Source of the DNA: Promethearchaeota archaeon
GTDB lineage: Archaea; Asgardarchaeota; Lokiarchaeia; Sigyniarchaeales; SOKP01
Length of the DNA stretch: 64,000 nucleotides
Reading direction: 5' to 3'
Assembly (NCBI GenBank): GCA_048940445.1
Contig: JBHLON010000003.1
Location: 77,978-141,977, forward strand
In this document: piece after piece, positions 1 through 9,982 of the stretch
How the letters are laid out: each line of letters opens with the position of its first letter
How positions within the stretch are numbered: position 1 is the first letter of the stretch
Notes under the pieces: generated by a model
Told to the model about the DNA's origin: nothing
Seen by the model: the letters and a program-made list of their open reading frames with translations, nothing else
Databases searched by the model: none
Position numbers and translations under genes: made by a program

Positions 1-2
1 AG

Positions 3-587
3 TCAGATTTTAGTTTGTATTCTCGTAGTGCTGAACAAGTAGCTCAAGAATTACATACTTTATTAAAAGAGTTAAAAATAAATCCTCCTTATATTTTGGT
101 AGGACATTCTCTTGGAGGTTGGCATATTCGTGTTTTCGCTGGACTTTATCCTAAAGAAGTATGTGGATTATTACTTATTGATCCGCAAGAGATTAGTTTC
201 TACAAAGAATGGAAACGTATGTACCCTAAACATTTTGAATATGAATATCAGACATGGCTTGAATATTTTAATAATTCGCCTCAAGGGGAAAAATTAGAGT
301 GGGAAATATTAAAAAACAGAATTGAAGCTCCTTCTAACCCTACTCCAACTTTAGTTGATGTACCAACGATTTTAATCACAAGTATACAAAAAGAAGAACT
401 GCCAACTGAAGAAGGATTCAATCCCGAGATCCGTAAATTAAAATTTGAAATATCCTCAAAATGGATGTCTAGATTAAATAAAGCTACTAATATTCTTAAG
501 GCTGATGTTGGACATTATATTCATAAAGAGGATCCCGCCTTAATTCGTAGGCTAATAGATTACTTAATTGATATAAATAGAGAATGA
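3..587 (+). CDS. alpha/beta hydrolase, 5'-truncated by the window edge
   Basis: GHSLGG nucleophile elbow, GHYIH catalytic His; frame is open upstream of the TTG at 15 to the window start. Confidence 0.85.
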   Translation, partial: SDFSLYSRSAEQVAQELHTLLKELKINPPYILVGHSLGGWHIRVFAGLYPKEVCGLLLIDPQEISFYKEWKRMYPKHFEYEYQTWLEYFNNSPQGEKLEWEILKNRIEAPSNPTPTLVDVPTILITSIQKEELPTEEGFNPEIRKLKFEISSKWMSRLNKATNILKADVGHYIHKEDPALIRRLIDYLIDINRE

Positions 588-595
588 AAAGATGA

Positions 596-787
596 TTATA
601 CTATTCCAAACCAATCTGTATAGTAATTTATAACTTCGACAAATGGAATATTCTCTTTTTTAATTTTTTCTATGTCTCGTAGAGCAATAAATTCAAGATC
701 CGTAGTCTCAATGCTATGAAATAATGCCATAAAAAAATAAGTTTTATCACAATGATTAAAAAATTCTCTTTTTGAACAAACATTCAT
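596..787 (-). CDS. small hypothetical protein
   Basis: 63-aa ORF 8 bp downstream of a co-oriented oxidoreductase; no motif recognised. Confidence 0.35.
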   Translation of the reverse strand: MNVCSKREFFNHCDKTYFFMALFHSIETTDLEFIALRDIEKIKKENIPFVEVINYYTDWFGIV

Positions 788-795
788 TTTTTTTT

Positions 796-1788
796 TTACT
801 CTCCAGGGTATTTAAAATTCCATTGAGAGCGTAAAGTATCCATCGTTTTCATGATTTCCAGAGTTTCATTTAAAGGCATGGTTTCACTTTCGAGTTTACC
901 AGTTATTAAGCAATTATTTACTTCCATCGCTTCATAGTTATATCCTGGATATTTAAAAGGTACTTTGATTGTTTTTTTCAGTTTACCTTCCAATTTTAAA
1001 ATAAACTTTGATGGATGGTAAAAATTGGGAATTCCTATATAACCTTTCGTACCAAATATAAAGGCTTCGTGCGGCATAATCATTCTGTTTGAAGCAGAAA
1101 GCATCGCAGTCTGTCCTTTTTTATATTCAAATAAATAACAAGATTTTTCGTCCACTCCCGTTTCTCCAATATATGCGCTGCTTCTTACTTTATATGGAGT
1201 TTCTTTATAGATCATACTTGCAAAAGAAATAGGGTAAATTCCTAAATCTAACAATGCGCCTCCTCCCAATTCAGGATTAAATGATCGTTCTTTGGGGTTA
1301 AACTCTTGCTTAATTCCAAAATCAGCTCTAAAATGTTGAATTTTTCCTAATATTTTCTTATCCAAATATTCATTTAATTTTAAAATACAAGGTAAAAATC
1401 TTGACCACATCGCCTCCATCAAAAATAAATTATTATTACGGGCAGTTTCTATTAACTCTTCTGCTTGTTTAGAATTCAATGTAAAAGGTTTTTCACAAAG
1501 AACTGGCTTTCCATGATTTAAACACAATGAGGCATTTTCATAATGAAAATTGTTAGTCGTAGCAATATATATCACATCAACAGCAGAATTATTCACTAAT
1601 TTTTCATAATTATCATAAATACTTTTCACATGAAAAATTTTACCAAGACGTTCAGCTTTCCCTTCAGTTTTAGATGCAACAGCTTCTAGTATTGTATTAG
1701 GAAGAGCTTTTAATCCTTCAGCAAACATATGTGAAATGTTTCCACAACCTAAGATTCCCCATCTTACTGTTTTTCTCATACTATTCAA
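796..1788 (-). CDS. Gfo/Idh/MocA family NAD(P)-dependent oxidoreductase
   Basis: WGILGCGNI Rossmann motif, CEKP, GGGALLDLGIY. Confidence 0.93.
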   Translation of the reverse strand: MNSMRKTVRWGILGCGNISHMFAEGLKALPNTILEAVASKTEGKAERLGKIFHVKSIYDNYEKLVNNSAVDVIYIATTNNFHYENASLCLNHGKPVLCEKPFTLNSKQAEELIETARNNNLFLMEAMWSRFLPCILKLNEYLDKKILGKIQHFRADFGIKQEFNPKERSFNPELGGGALLDLGIYPISFASMIYKETPYKVRSSAYIGETGVDEKSCYLFEYKKGQTAMLSASNRMIMPHEAFIFGTKGYIGIPNFYHPSKFILKLEGKLKKTIKVPFKYPGYNYEAMEVNNCLITGKLESETMPLNETLEIMKTMDTLRSQWNFKYPGE

Positions 1789-1824
1789 TTATAAGTTTAA
1801 TTTTAAAATTCTTTTGAATCTCTC

Positions 1825-3045
1825 TTAATCCACGCGTTCTGTGTCTTTCTTAAGATTTTTCTTAAAATGAATTTTTTCAATAACAAAATGACTCAATAAA
1901 TAGCATAACATAACCGTTAAAAGAAATATAATAGCAAGTTTTATAATAGGATAAAGGCTTACAGATGCAAATCCAAGTGATATGGCGACAAGGATAGGTG
2001 GATGAACGAGATACATATGATATGCACTAGCGGACAAGTTCCGTAATATAGGTTCCTGTTTATTGAATTTTGCATAAAAAACTTTTATTAAAACAAAAAT
2101 TACTCCCATGCAAATGATATTATCTACTAAAGCAAATATAAGAGCATGTAAATTATTCCCTCCTGTAAAATCGATAAGATTAACATTAATTACTATAGCT
2201 ATAAAAAAATCGATATAAATTGCCACAAGTGAAATGATTATTGTAATTAACCAGATTTTTACATGTTTTTTAGACATTTTTTCGAACCACAAATACCTAA
2301 TACATATAATACCGATGCTGAACATCATTAGATACTGAATGAGTTGCCCCCATGGTATTTCTAAAGGGCGTTGATCTATAGGTAAGAATATACGGATTAA
2401 AAAAGTAAGAAATCCTAATCCAATAGCTAAAAGGAGGAGAGAACAATATCTTGGGATGGAAAATAGCTTTGGAACTTTTTTCTGTATGGCCTTTAGTTTA
2501 GTTATTTGACGCCAGAAAGTATAAACCGCAGTGAAGATTAGTAAAACCTTAAGAAACCACATAGGTCCTGCAAACGATAGAAATTCAATAAATGTTTCCC
2601 ATGATACAAATCTACTTAAATAATATTCTAGAAACGTTCCTTGCAACATAGGGTTAGTATTCCAAGGAGAAATTCCTAATTTAGCTAGAACATATATCAT
2701 AAGAGGATTAATTAATATAGTATATAGAAGGAGAGGGATACCAAGACGAATTAGTCGTTCTTTCCAGAATCTACGAACCCCTTTTCGATCATAACTTTTT
2801 GGAGTAAAATATCCCCCCAATAAAAAGAATAATCCTAAGAGTGAAGTTTGAAACACACCTCCAATTGAGGTTAAAAGTAAAAAGAATATATAACTGAAAG
2901 GATCTTCTGGATTAGACTCTTTATAATACCACCAACCCACCTCACCATAAGTGACCGTCACGTGCCAAAAAATCACTAGAATAGTAAAAAGGACCTTTAT
3001 ATTATCAAGGAAGAGATACCGGATCTTTTGAAATTCTGTTTTCAT
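1825..3045 (-). CDS. acyltransferase family 3 (OpgC/MdoC-like) membrane protein
   Basis: N-terminal FLDNIK...VIFWH, FFLLGGYF, RLIRLGIP, GPMWFL, YLVH; about 10 TM segments. Confidence 0.88.
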   Translation of the reverse strand: MKTEFQKIRYLFLDNIKVLFTILVIFWHVTVTYGEVGWWYYKESNPEDPFSYIFFLLLTSIGGVFQTSLLGLFFLLGGYFTPKSYDRKGVRRFWKERLIRLGIPLLLYTILINPLMIYVLAKLGISPWNTNPMLQGTFLEYYLSRFVSWETFIEFLSFAGPMWFLKVLLIFTAVYTFWRQITKLKAIQKKVPKLFSIPRYCSLLLLAIGLGFLTFLIRIFLPIDQRPLEIPWGQLIQYLMMFSIGIICIRYLWFEKMSKKHVKIWLITIIISLVAIYIDFFIAIVINVNLIDFTGGNNLHALIFALVDNIICMGVIFVLIKVFYAKFNKQEPILRNLSASAYHMYLVHPPILVAISLGFASVSLYPIIKLAIIFLLTVMLCYLLSHFVIEKIHFKKNLKKDTERVD

Positions 3046-3198
3046 GGGAATGGAACATCTTATTTTTCAATTAATTATATAAGGGTGTTGATTTCTAATA
3101 TAAAGTTGATCTTTTTTCAATACCTTTGAATTTTCTAATTACCAAATGATTTCTCTTCTCAAATGAATATCATAATTAGTCTTTAGATCAAGTCTTCA

Positions 3199-3227
3199 AA
3201 TTCTTAGGAAATTAAATTCTGAATTTT
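3199..3227 (+). repeat. degenerate copy of the ~30-bp intergenic motif
   Basis: GAAATTAAATTCTGAATTT matches the core of the 4292 copy at 18/19 positions and is preceded by AATTCT as in the 10182 copy. Confidence 0.45.
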
Positions 3228-3323
3228 AATTATCTTATTAATTAAATAGTTCTACTCTTTAAATAGAATGATTAACTATATTGCAGAAATTCAATAATTA
3301 AAATAGTAAAAATGTGATATTAA

Positions 3324-3638
3324 TTGCCAAAATGCCCATATTGTAAAAATGAACTCGAAGTAAAAATTGAAATAAACTCTGCACCTATCAATGATAAGTT
3401 TAGAGATGATATATTAAAAGTTTACGAGGCTTTCATAGAAATTCAAGCTGAGATTGCCCCATTTGGGGGAAAGATGCTAAAAAGTATGGCAAAATGGGGT
3501 CTGAAGTTTGTTGATAAATACTTAGATCGGATTGGGGCCATGCCCTTAATATGGCACTCTTGTTCAAAATGTGATTCTGTAATATCATCCGAATCCTTAG
3601 TTGATTTGATGTCTTCAAGGACGTCAGGCTCATCATAA
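3324..3638 (+). CDS. hypothetical zinc-binding protein
   Basis: CPYC at the N-terminus and CSKC near the C-terminus, separated by a helical insert; GTGA SD before TTG. Confidence 0.75.
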   Translation: MPKCPYCKNELEVKIEINSAPINDKFRDDILKVYEAFIEIQAEIAPFGGKMLKSMAKWGLKFVDKYLDRIGAMPLIWHSCSKCDSVISSESLVDLMSSRTSGSS

Positions 3639-3653
3639 AAAGAATTACAATTT

Positions 3654-3685
3654 AATTCCAGTAAAATGGAATTTTAATTTTTTTT
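3654..3685 (+). terminator. putative terminator
   Basis: AATTCCA-gtaaaa-TGGAATT hairpin followed by a T tract just after the stop codon. Confidence 0.35.
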
Positions 3686-3772
3686 ATTATTTTTTCCAGA
3701 AAAAAATATATTAATTTGTACTTACTTCTCTCTGTAATTAATCCTTAATATTTCTTTTAAAACATTAAAACT

Positions 3773-4288
3773 ATGGTCCGAATAGTCGAGGTTTCACCAC
3801 ATAATCGAAAATGGAAAAAGAAGTTTGACTTGGAGGCTAGAATTATTAAATCAATTTTTAACAAAGAAATATTAGCCATCCATCATATAGGCAGTACTGC
3901 TATACCTGAAATTAGTACCAAACCTATCATTGATATTTTAGTTGAGGTTTGTAACATAGATGTAATAGATAACTATAATGCTAAAATGATTACTCAGGGT
4001 TATATTCCAAAAGGAGAGTCTGGTATCCCTAGAAGAAGATTATTTATCAAAGGTAGTGAAGAATTAAGAACATTTCATATTCATATCTTCGAAAAAGATA
4101 ATTCTGAAATAACTCGTCTTCTAAATTTCAGAGATTATTTGAAAGCTCATCCTAAAGAAGCACAAAAATATAGTAAATTAAAAGAAAGACTCGCGCGAGA
4201 ATATTCAGAAAATATTGATGGTTATTTAAAGGGAAAAGATAATTTTATTAAAAAAATTGATAAAAAAGCTAAAGATTGGAGATGTTAA
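3773..4288 (+). CDS. GrpB family nucleotidyltransferase-like protein
   Basis: HHIGSTA, KPIIDI, FRDYLKAHP, Y..LK motifs. Confidence 0.92.
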   Translation: MVRIVEVSPHNRKWKKKFDLEARIIKSIFNKEILAIHHIGSTAIPEISTKPIIDILVEVCNIDVIDNYNAKMITQGYIPKGESGIPRRRLFIKGSEELRTFHIHIFEKDNSEITRLLNFRDYLKAHPKEAQKYSKLKERLAREYSENIDGYLKGKDNFIKKIDKKAKDWRC

Positions 4289-4291
4289 ATA

Positions 4292-4323
4292 ATTTTTAAT
4301 AGAAATTAGATTCTGAATTTACA
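4292..4323 (+). repeat. copy of the ~30-bp intergenic motif between convergent genes
   Basis: ATTTTTAATAGAAATTAGATTCTGAATTTACA; 24/30 identical to the 10182 copy. Confidence 0.55.
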
Positions 4324-4330
4324 TTTGAAA

Positions 4331-6208
4331 TTATAATAAACCCTCTTTTTTAAGCTTCGATTCAACATTATTTAAATTTAGCCTTTGCAATATTTCAGAA
4401 GTGGGCACACCTTTATCATTCCACCCCACCGCTGTGTAATATTCGGATTTTAATTTCTCAAATATATCTTTATCTATTGATTTCCCTTTATATGGTCCCG
4501 ATGGGAGAGGTTCCCAAAATCTAGATGGCAGATTATCGTCTTGCTCTGATCTCCATTCTGCATCTGGTCCTCCAAGCAATGACACTGCTCTCTGTAATTG
4601 TAAAATTCTTAATCCTTTTTCACTGAACCAACTTTCTTTTAGTAATTCCCAACCCGTTACAGTTTGATAGAAACTTGCGATTTGATCAAAATCGAGAGTA
4701 AAGGTGGTAAAGAAACAATATACGGCAGAATCGCTCAGAATTGAGTTTAATTCACTTCCATCTCCATCAATAGGAAGTGCGGCTGATGATGTATGATCTC
4801 CTGCTTGAACTGATACGCTATATCCAATGGAGGTTTGTGTAACCATATCTTTGCCGCTTTTAAGGCCGTGAGCTCCGATTGCCATGCCTTTAAGATGAAT
4901 CGCATACTTAAGTATTTCGGTTTTTTTCATTTCTTCAAGTTTTAAAGCTGCTCGATATATACCTTCTGCTAATATATCTCCAATACCTTCTCTAAATGCA
5001 ATTTTTCTGGCCAATTCTGCAAACGCGTCAACATTTCCCCATTCAAGATTAATTCCTCCTAAATCTTCTTTTGAAAGGATACCCCTTTGGAATAATTCTC
5101 CAGTAAATCCCAAAATAGCGCCACCTTGAATGCCACAAAATCCTAATTCTTCGATTATATACGAGAGATAAATATTCTGTTCTGGTGAAAAAATACCCAA
5201 ATTTGTTCCCAAGAATGCTTCAAGCTCATAGTCGGGATTATCACAGATTGCCCCAGCGTATTTTCCATCTCTTAATACCGCTAACTTTAGGCACGTAACA
5301 GGACAGCCGTAGTCTCCCCAGTACTTTTTTACCCAAAGTTTGTCGAATTCTTCACCTCTATAACTTTTTTCATTATGCCATTCTTCCTGCCAATTTCTAA
5401 CTGGCTCTGAACTTGAGTCAGCACCAAATGTATATCCTCCTGATCCTGTCCCCCAACGTCTAAAAAATTCTATTGTAAAACAATTCTTTGAAAATTCTTG
5501 CGATAGCTCAAGCATTTTATCTTGATCGATCACATCTGGTAAGGGCCCAAAACCTTTTACGACCACTGCTTTCAAGTTTTTAGAACCCATTACACCGCCG
5601 TATCCTCCATAACCAGCCGCGTGAGCATATTTTGCTTCTACGGCTGCTACTCGGGATTTATTTTCTCCAGCAGGACCAATATAAAGAACTGAAGGTTCCT
5701 TAAACTCACCATAATTAGGATGAATCTTTTTGATGTCATTAATCGAATCTTTTATGAGGTAACGCATAGATTCTCTGCTAGTTTTTCCCCATATGTGTGA
5801 AGCATTCTTAATCTCTACGTAATCATCGCAAATAAATACATAACTCGGTTTTTCAGCCTTTCCCGTAAAGATTATTCCGTCATAACCTGCACATTTCAAT
5901 TCCACACCAAACTCTCCTGCGACTGTTGATCCTATAATTCCATTACCCTGGGGAGACTTCCCTGTTACACAAATTCTAGCACCAAGAAAATATCCCGTAA
6001 AAGGGCCAGTAAGCATGAGTAAAATATTTTCAGGATCTAGAGGATCAATAGTCTCCCACTTATTTCCAAGCCGATCCCATAATATCTTTACTCCTAAACC
6101 CCTACCTCCGATGTAATCCCGAAGAATTTCATCTGAAAATGTAATTTCTTCGATTTTATTATTTGTCAGATTTATTTCCAGAAATTTTCCCGCATAACCA
6201 TTCACCAT
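4331..6208 (-). CDS. tungsten aldehyde:ferredoxin oxidoreductase family, WOR5-like large subunit
   Basis: GGRGLG, MGSKNLKAV; HAAGYGGYG, SSEPVRNWQEEWH, KKYWGDYGCPVTC and QAGDHTS resemble Pyrococcus WOR5 as recalled. Confidence 0.85.
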   Translation of the reverse strand: MVNGYAGKFLEINLTNNKIEEITFSDEILRDYIGGRGLGVKILWDRLGNKWETIDPLDPENILLMLTGPFTGYFLGARICVTGKSPQGNGIIGSTVAGEFGVELKCAGYDGIIFTGKAEKPSYVFICDDYVEIKNASHIWGKTSRESMRYLIKDSINDIKKIHPNYGEFKEPSVLYIGPAGENKSRVAAVEAKYAHAAGYGGYGGVMGSKNLKAVVVKGFGPLPDVIDQDKMLELSQEFSKNCFTIEFFRRWGTGSGGYTFGADSSSEPVRNWQEEWHNEKSYRGEEFDKLWVKKYWGDYGCPVTCLKLAVLRDGKYAGAICDNPDYELEAFLGTNLGIFSPEQNIYLSYIIEELGFCGIQGGAILGFTGELFQRGILSKEDLGGINLEWGNVDAFAELARKIAFREGIGDILAEGIYRAALKLEEMKKTEILKYAIHLKGMAIGAHGLKSGKDMVTQTSIGYSVSVQAGDHTSSAALPIDGDGSELNSILSDSAVYCFFTTFTLDFDQIASFYQTVTGWELLKESWFSEKGLRILQLQRAVSLLGGPDAEWRSEQDDNLPSRFWEPLPSGPYKGKSIDKDIFEKLKSEYYTAVGWNDKGVPTSEILQRLNLNNVESKLKKEGLL

Positions 6209-6738
6209 TCATACACCTCTTTAGTTGCTTTTTCACCTAATATTTTTACTGCAGTTTCATGTGCGAGTTCTTTAGGGGTTTTAGCTGGTGTTTTATTCGT
6301 TTCTATATCTTGACTTTCTAAGAGAATCAAAGTATCCCACTTTCCTTCTTGACAACTAACTGTACATTTCGGTTTACCACCACATAAATCGCAAATTACT
6401 ATGTAATCATCTCGAGGATGGAGATGTGGTATTCTTCCAGGGCAGGCATTAATACATGTTCCACAAGCGGTACATTTCAATTTGTCAGTGATTACAGCTC
6501 CAGTAAGATCGTTTATAGATAAAGCTTCTTCGGGACAAGCTTCAACACAAGGATAATCATTACATTGAAAGCAAAGATGAGGTATTTCTACTCCGGGAAC
6601 GAACATAAAAACTCTCACTCTTGAAGCTTCCGGCCAAATTTTCCCTTCGTGATAAAGAGAACACGCAATCTCGCATCTTCTACATCCGCTACATTTTTCA
6701 TAATTTCTTTTTATCCATAGATTATTTACATCTTCCAT
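6202..6738 (-). CDS. four-[4Fe-4S] electron-transfer small subunit (WOR5-S/DmsB-like)
   Basis: CSGCRRCEIAC, CFQC..YPCVEACP, CTACGTCINACP, CDLC....KC; overlaps the start of the large subunit. Confidence 0.9.
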   Translation of the reverse strand: MEDVNNLWIKRNYEKCSGCRRCEIACSLYHEGKIWPEASRVRVFMFVPGVEIPHLCFQCNDYPCVEACPEEALSINDLTGAVITDKLKCTACGTCINACPGRIPHLHPRDDYIVICDLCGGKPKCTVSCQEGKWDTLILLESQDIETNKTPAKTPKELAHETAVKILGEKATKEVYEW

Positions 6739-7161
6739 ATCAATACCTCATTACTTGTAAATGGTCATTTTTTATTAAATTTTCTCTTATTTGTAATAAG
6801 CTTATACGCAATGATGAAATACACATCTGATAATTTAGAGAAGTGAATATTTAAAGCAAATCGTGCTCCAAATTATCTTAATTATAGGGATTAAAGATGT
6901 AAGTAGAGATAATTATTAATTTCTTAAAAGTATTAAAATTTAAACCCAATCCTCTTTTTTTAAACCATTAGAAAAAAGACATGTATAATAGTAACTTTTA
7001 GATCGTACATATTTATGGCATATCTTAAAGAAGAGTTATTGCAAGAAATTGAAGGAAAAATTGCTAAAAGAATAACATTTACTGTGAATTAGGGACTACT
7101 TTTATAAAAAAAAAAAAAGGATTTTAAAATATTGTTCTCATCTATCACATTTGATTTAGCT

Positions 7162-7854
7162 TTATAAGAACCAATGTTCCATATAATTTGTCAGACAGGA
7201 TGCCGGACCGACCGGCAATTCCATTGGGCCAAAAGGTGTTTCAACTTCCCATATCGCTCCAACAAGAGCCCATCCTCCTCCTTCCCAAATTAAAGGTTCT
7301 TCGTCCCAGGGAATTGTCGCAGGATTCATGGGATCATCAGGATCAGCTTCATAATATTTGGCTGTAGGACTTAGAAACATCAAAATCTGTGCTGATACAT
7401 ATTTACCTTCAGTATTTGGCATGGTTATTGGAAATGAATTACGAAAAAATACTTCGAAATTGGTATCAGTAGTTTTAAACATTCCCTCACCCATTACCCA
7501 CGTAACGTTAATCCACCAGACATTAAAGATTGGGCAATAAAAGTAATGATTAGTCGTTAGAACTAATCCATCTTGGAGCTTTCCTATCATCATATACACT
7601 TTTTTACCTGATTCATAGATTTTTTGATTGAATTCTATATGCACTTTATCATCTTTAATCTTTGCCATGATAAAATTCGTTGCCCCAGCAAAACCTGGAT
7701 CTATGTCATCTCCTTTTGCCATGATATCAACCATTAAGATACGATTAGGATTAGTAGCTTTCACCGGTGCTATCATTGCTACAATACCAAGTAAAAGTGA
7801 CATCGTAATCAAAATTGTAGTTAATTTTAATTTCTTTTTCACTACCACTTTCAC
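7162..7854 (-). CDS. secreted hypothetical protein
   Basis: basic N-region, hydrophobic H-region and VKA cleavage site; beta-rich body; GGGGTGA SD. Confidence 0.8.
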   Translation of the reverse strand: MKVVVKKKLKLTTILITMSLLLGIVAMIAPVKATNPNRILMVDIMAKGDDIDPGFAGATNFIMAKIKDDKVHIEFNQKIYESGKKVYMMIGKLQDGLVLTTNHYFYCPIFNVWWINVTWVMGEGMFKTTDTNFEVFFRNSFPITMPNTEGKYVSAQILMFLSPTAKYYEADPDDPMNPATIPWDEEPLIWEGGGWALVGAIWEVETPFGPMELPVGPASCLTNYMEHWFL

Positions 7855-7885
7855 CCCATATTTTTTTTAATATAGATCTTTTACT

Positions 7886-7918
7886 CGCCTCGAAAGGATT
7901 GATCCTTTAAACAAGGCG
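7886..7918 (-). promoter_or_regulatory. 5'-UTR stem-loop downstream of a TATA-like box (7943-7950)
   Basis: CGCCUUG/CGAGGCG stem, UUU bulge, AAAGGA/UCCUUU stem, UCAA loop. Confidence 0.5.
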
Positions 7919-8220
7919 TTAATTTTAACATAAAAAAAAATGTTATAAAATGTTTCGAGACATCATATTTATAATTGAGGCTTCGATAGTTCCATGGAAC
8001 ACATACATTGGGATGGATGTTTAATTTTATCCCGCCTTCTATTGGAATTCAAATAAAAATATAAGAATAATAAATATATAACGCTTTCTACATATTTATA
8101 AGAGTTCCTCAGTGCAATTTTCAAAGAAACCAGATTATGAATTTAGGTGAATAAGGAAGAAAATAGAATAATAAACTTATCTTTTCGTAACCTACTTTAA
8201 ATGACAGGGATTTTTCACTC

Positions 8221-8250
8221 AATTTTCATTGAAATCAGATGGTGAATTTA
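8221..8250 (+). repeat. 30-bp direct repeat, copy A
   Basis: AATTTTCATTGAAATCAGATGGTGAATTTA; 28/30 identical to 10182-10211. Confidence 0.8.
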
Positions 8251-9339
8251 ACTTTCAAAATTGAGGGGATATGTACCCCATTTTTTTATCGCTTTTGGGA
8301 TTGTCATAATATTATTCAATGAGACGCCCCAAGGTAAGCAACAAATAGGGCTCACAGCATATCTTCCTCCAGGAGCTAATTTCTTGATGTTTTCTTTTAC
8401 TATATTTTCAACATCACGTGAAGTACCATTGAGTAATTCCCTACTTACATCTATATTCGCTCCTAATATTGTCACCTCAGGATGATTCTTCTTAAATTCA
8501 ACCCAATATTCAATATCTAATGGATGTGAACCATTCACCGCCAATAACTCTAGTTCATTACACATTTCATCAAAATAAGGATTAGTTCCACAATTATGGA
8601 GAATAATCCTTGCTTTTGTTTCTTTCTGTAATTGTTTAATAAATTGTCCTTCATATTTCATAGCATTTTCAAAACTCATCATGTGTTTATTAAACGCATA
8701 ACCAGTAAAGAAAATTGTTCGACTGGCTCCCACTTTTTCAATAAAGAAGTTATACAAATCCAATTGAGATTGATACACTTTTTCACAGAGCTTTAATAAC
8801 AGTTCAGGGTTACGACGCATATCTCGATATGCTTGTACCCCTCTCAATTCTTGGACTACCGACCAAATTCCAAGAGAACAACTCAGTTGAAACCTTGTTT
8901 TTTCTTTAACAAGATTAGTTGCTGAGAGACAAGTATCCCATAATGAGATTTTACTATGATCTGGTATCTCTAATCTTTCGATATCTTCTTCAGATTTGCA
9001 AATATCACCTTGCTTAACCATAAATACTTTATAGTCAGACCATTTAATTACATTTTCTTTATTATTTGCTTCTGCAAATGCCAATGCTTCAGCAGGACCG
9101 GCATAAGCCGTTGGAATTGAAAGTGTGTCTGCTTTTATGAATTCATATGTCGCAATAGCAGCATTTGCATAAGCTTTAGGTGAAGAAAGAAGCTCTCGAA
9201 GGGTTTTACCTGATATTCGGCATATTAATTCTTCGCATGCGAGCGGAAAAAAGGGTACTCGGTCAATATCTGATAATCCAGCAAAAGTAGCTCTTATTCT
9301 ACGGGTAGATGCTTCCCAATCATGTGGCACTTTAAACAA
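8248..9339 (-). CDS. MtaA/CmuA (URO-D family) methylcobamide methyltransferase
   Basis: DRVPFFP, Zn ligands ILHNCG and distal PICCLP, GANID; overlaps the corrinoid protein gene. Confidence 0.85.
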   Translation of the reverse strand: MFKVPHDWEASTRRIRATFAGLSDIDRVPFFPLACEELICRISGKTLRELLSSPKAYANAAIATYEFIKADTLSIPTAYAGPAEALAFAEANNKENVIKWSDYKVFMVKQGDICKSEEDIERLEIPDHSKISLWDTCLSATNLVKEKTRFQLSCSLGIWSVVQELRGVQAYRDMRRNPELLLKLCEKVYQSQLDLYNFFIEKVGASRTIFFTGYAFNKHMMSFENAMKYEGQFIKQLQKETKARIILHNCGTNPYFDEMCNELELLAVNGSHPLDIEYWVEFKKNHPEVTILGANIDVSRELLNGTSRDVENIVKENIKKLAPGGRYAVSPICCLPWGVSLNNIMTIPKAIKKWGTYPLNFES

Positions 9340-9982
9340 CTCCCATTAGTTCTTTAATTAATTTCACACCTTCCCAACCATCTTTGGTCCAAGCATCGGC
9401 ACCGATATGTTCACATGATTCTTCAGATAAAATGCCGCCACCTAAGACAATTTTTGCTTTAATCCCTTCTCTTTTAAGTAAACTAACAATCTCTGTCATT
9501 TTAGATATTGTTACAGTTAGTAATCCACTTAATCCTATAATATCTGGATTTTCTTTTTTTGCCATATATAGGAATTTTTCAGGAGGAACGTCTACACCTA
9601 AATCGATGACATCAAATCCTTGACCTTGTAATAGCGCTACTATTACAGTCTTCCCAATATCATGTAAATCTCCCTCAGGAGTTCCAATTAATAGTTTACC
9701 CTGTGAATGATGAGTTCCTTCTTCTAATTTAGTTTTAATCAGATTCATGGAATCATTAATGGCATCAGCAGCTAAAATCATATCCGCTAAAAAAAATTCT
9801 CCCTTTTCATATTTTTTTCCAACTTCTTCAGCCCCACTGATTATTGCTTCATTTAATATACGTTTAGGTTTAACTTGTGTATCTAATGCTTGTTTGACAA
9901 GATAAGTTGCATCTTCTGATAATCCTTCAATAATGGCATTTTTTAGTCTCAGTAGTGTTTCATGTTCACCCAAAATTCTCAA
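9332..9982 (-). CDS. corrinoid (B12-binding) methyltransferase protein
   Basis: DLHDIGK (DxHxxG), DLGVDVP, GLSGLL, GGG, helical cap domain. Confidence 0.93.
   Translation of the reverse strand: MRILGEHETLLRLKNAIIEGLSEDATYLVKQALDTQVKPKRILNEAIISGAEEVGKKYEKGEFFLADMILAADAINDSMNLIKTKLEEGTHHSQGKLLIGTPEGDLHDIGKTVIVALLQGQGFDVIDLGVDVPPEKFLYMAKKENPDIIGLSGLLTVTISKMTEIVSLLKREGIKAKIVLGGGILSEESCEHIGADAWTKDGWEGVKLIKELMGVV

Noticed and set aside
7015-7092. 25-codon ORF MAYLKEELLQEIEGKIAKRITFTVN
   Set aside because: No SD or recognisable motif; possibly a gene remnant but unsupported
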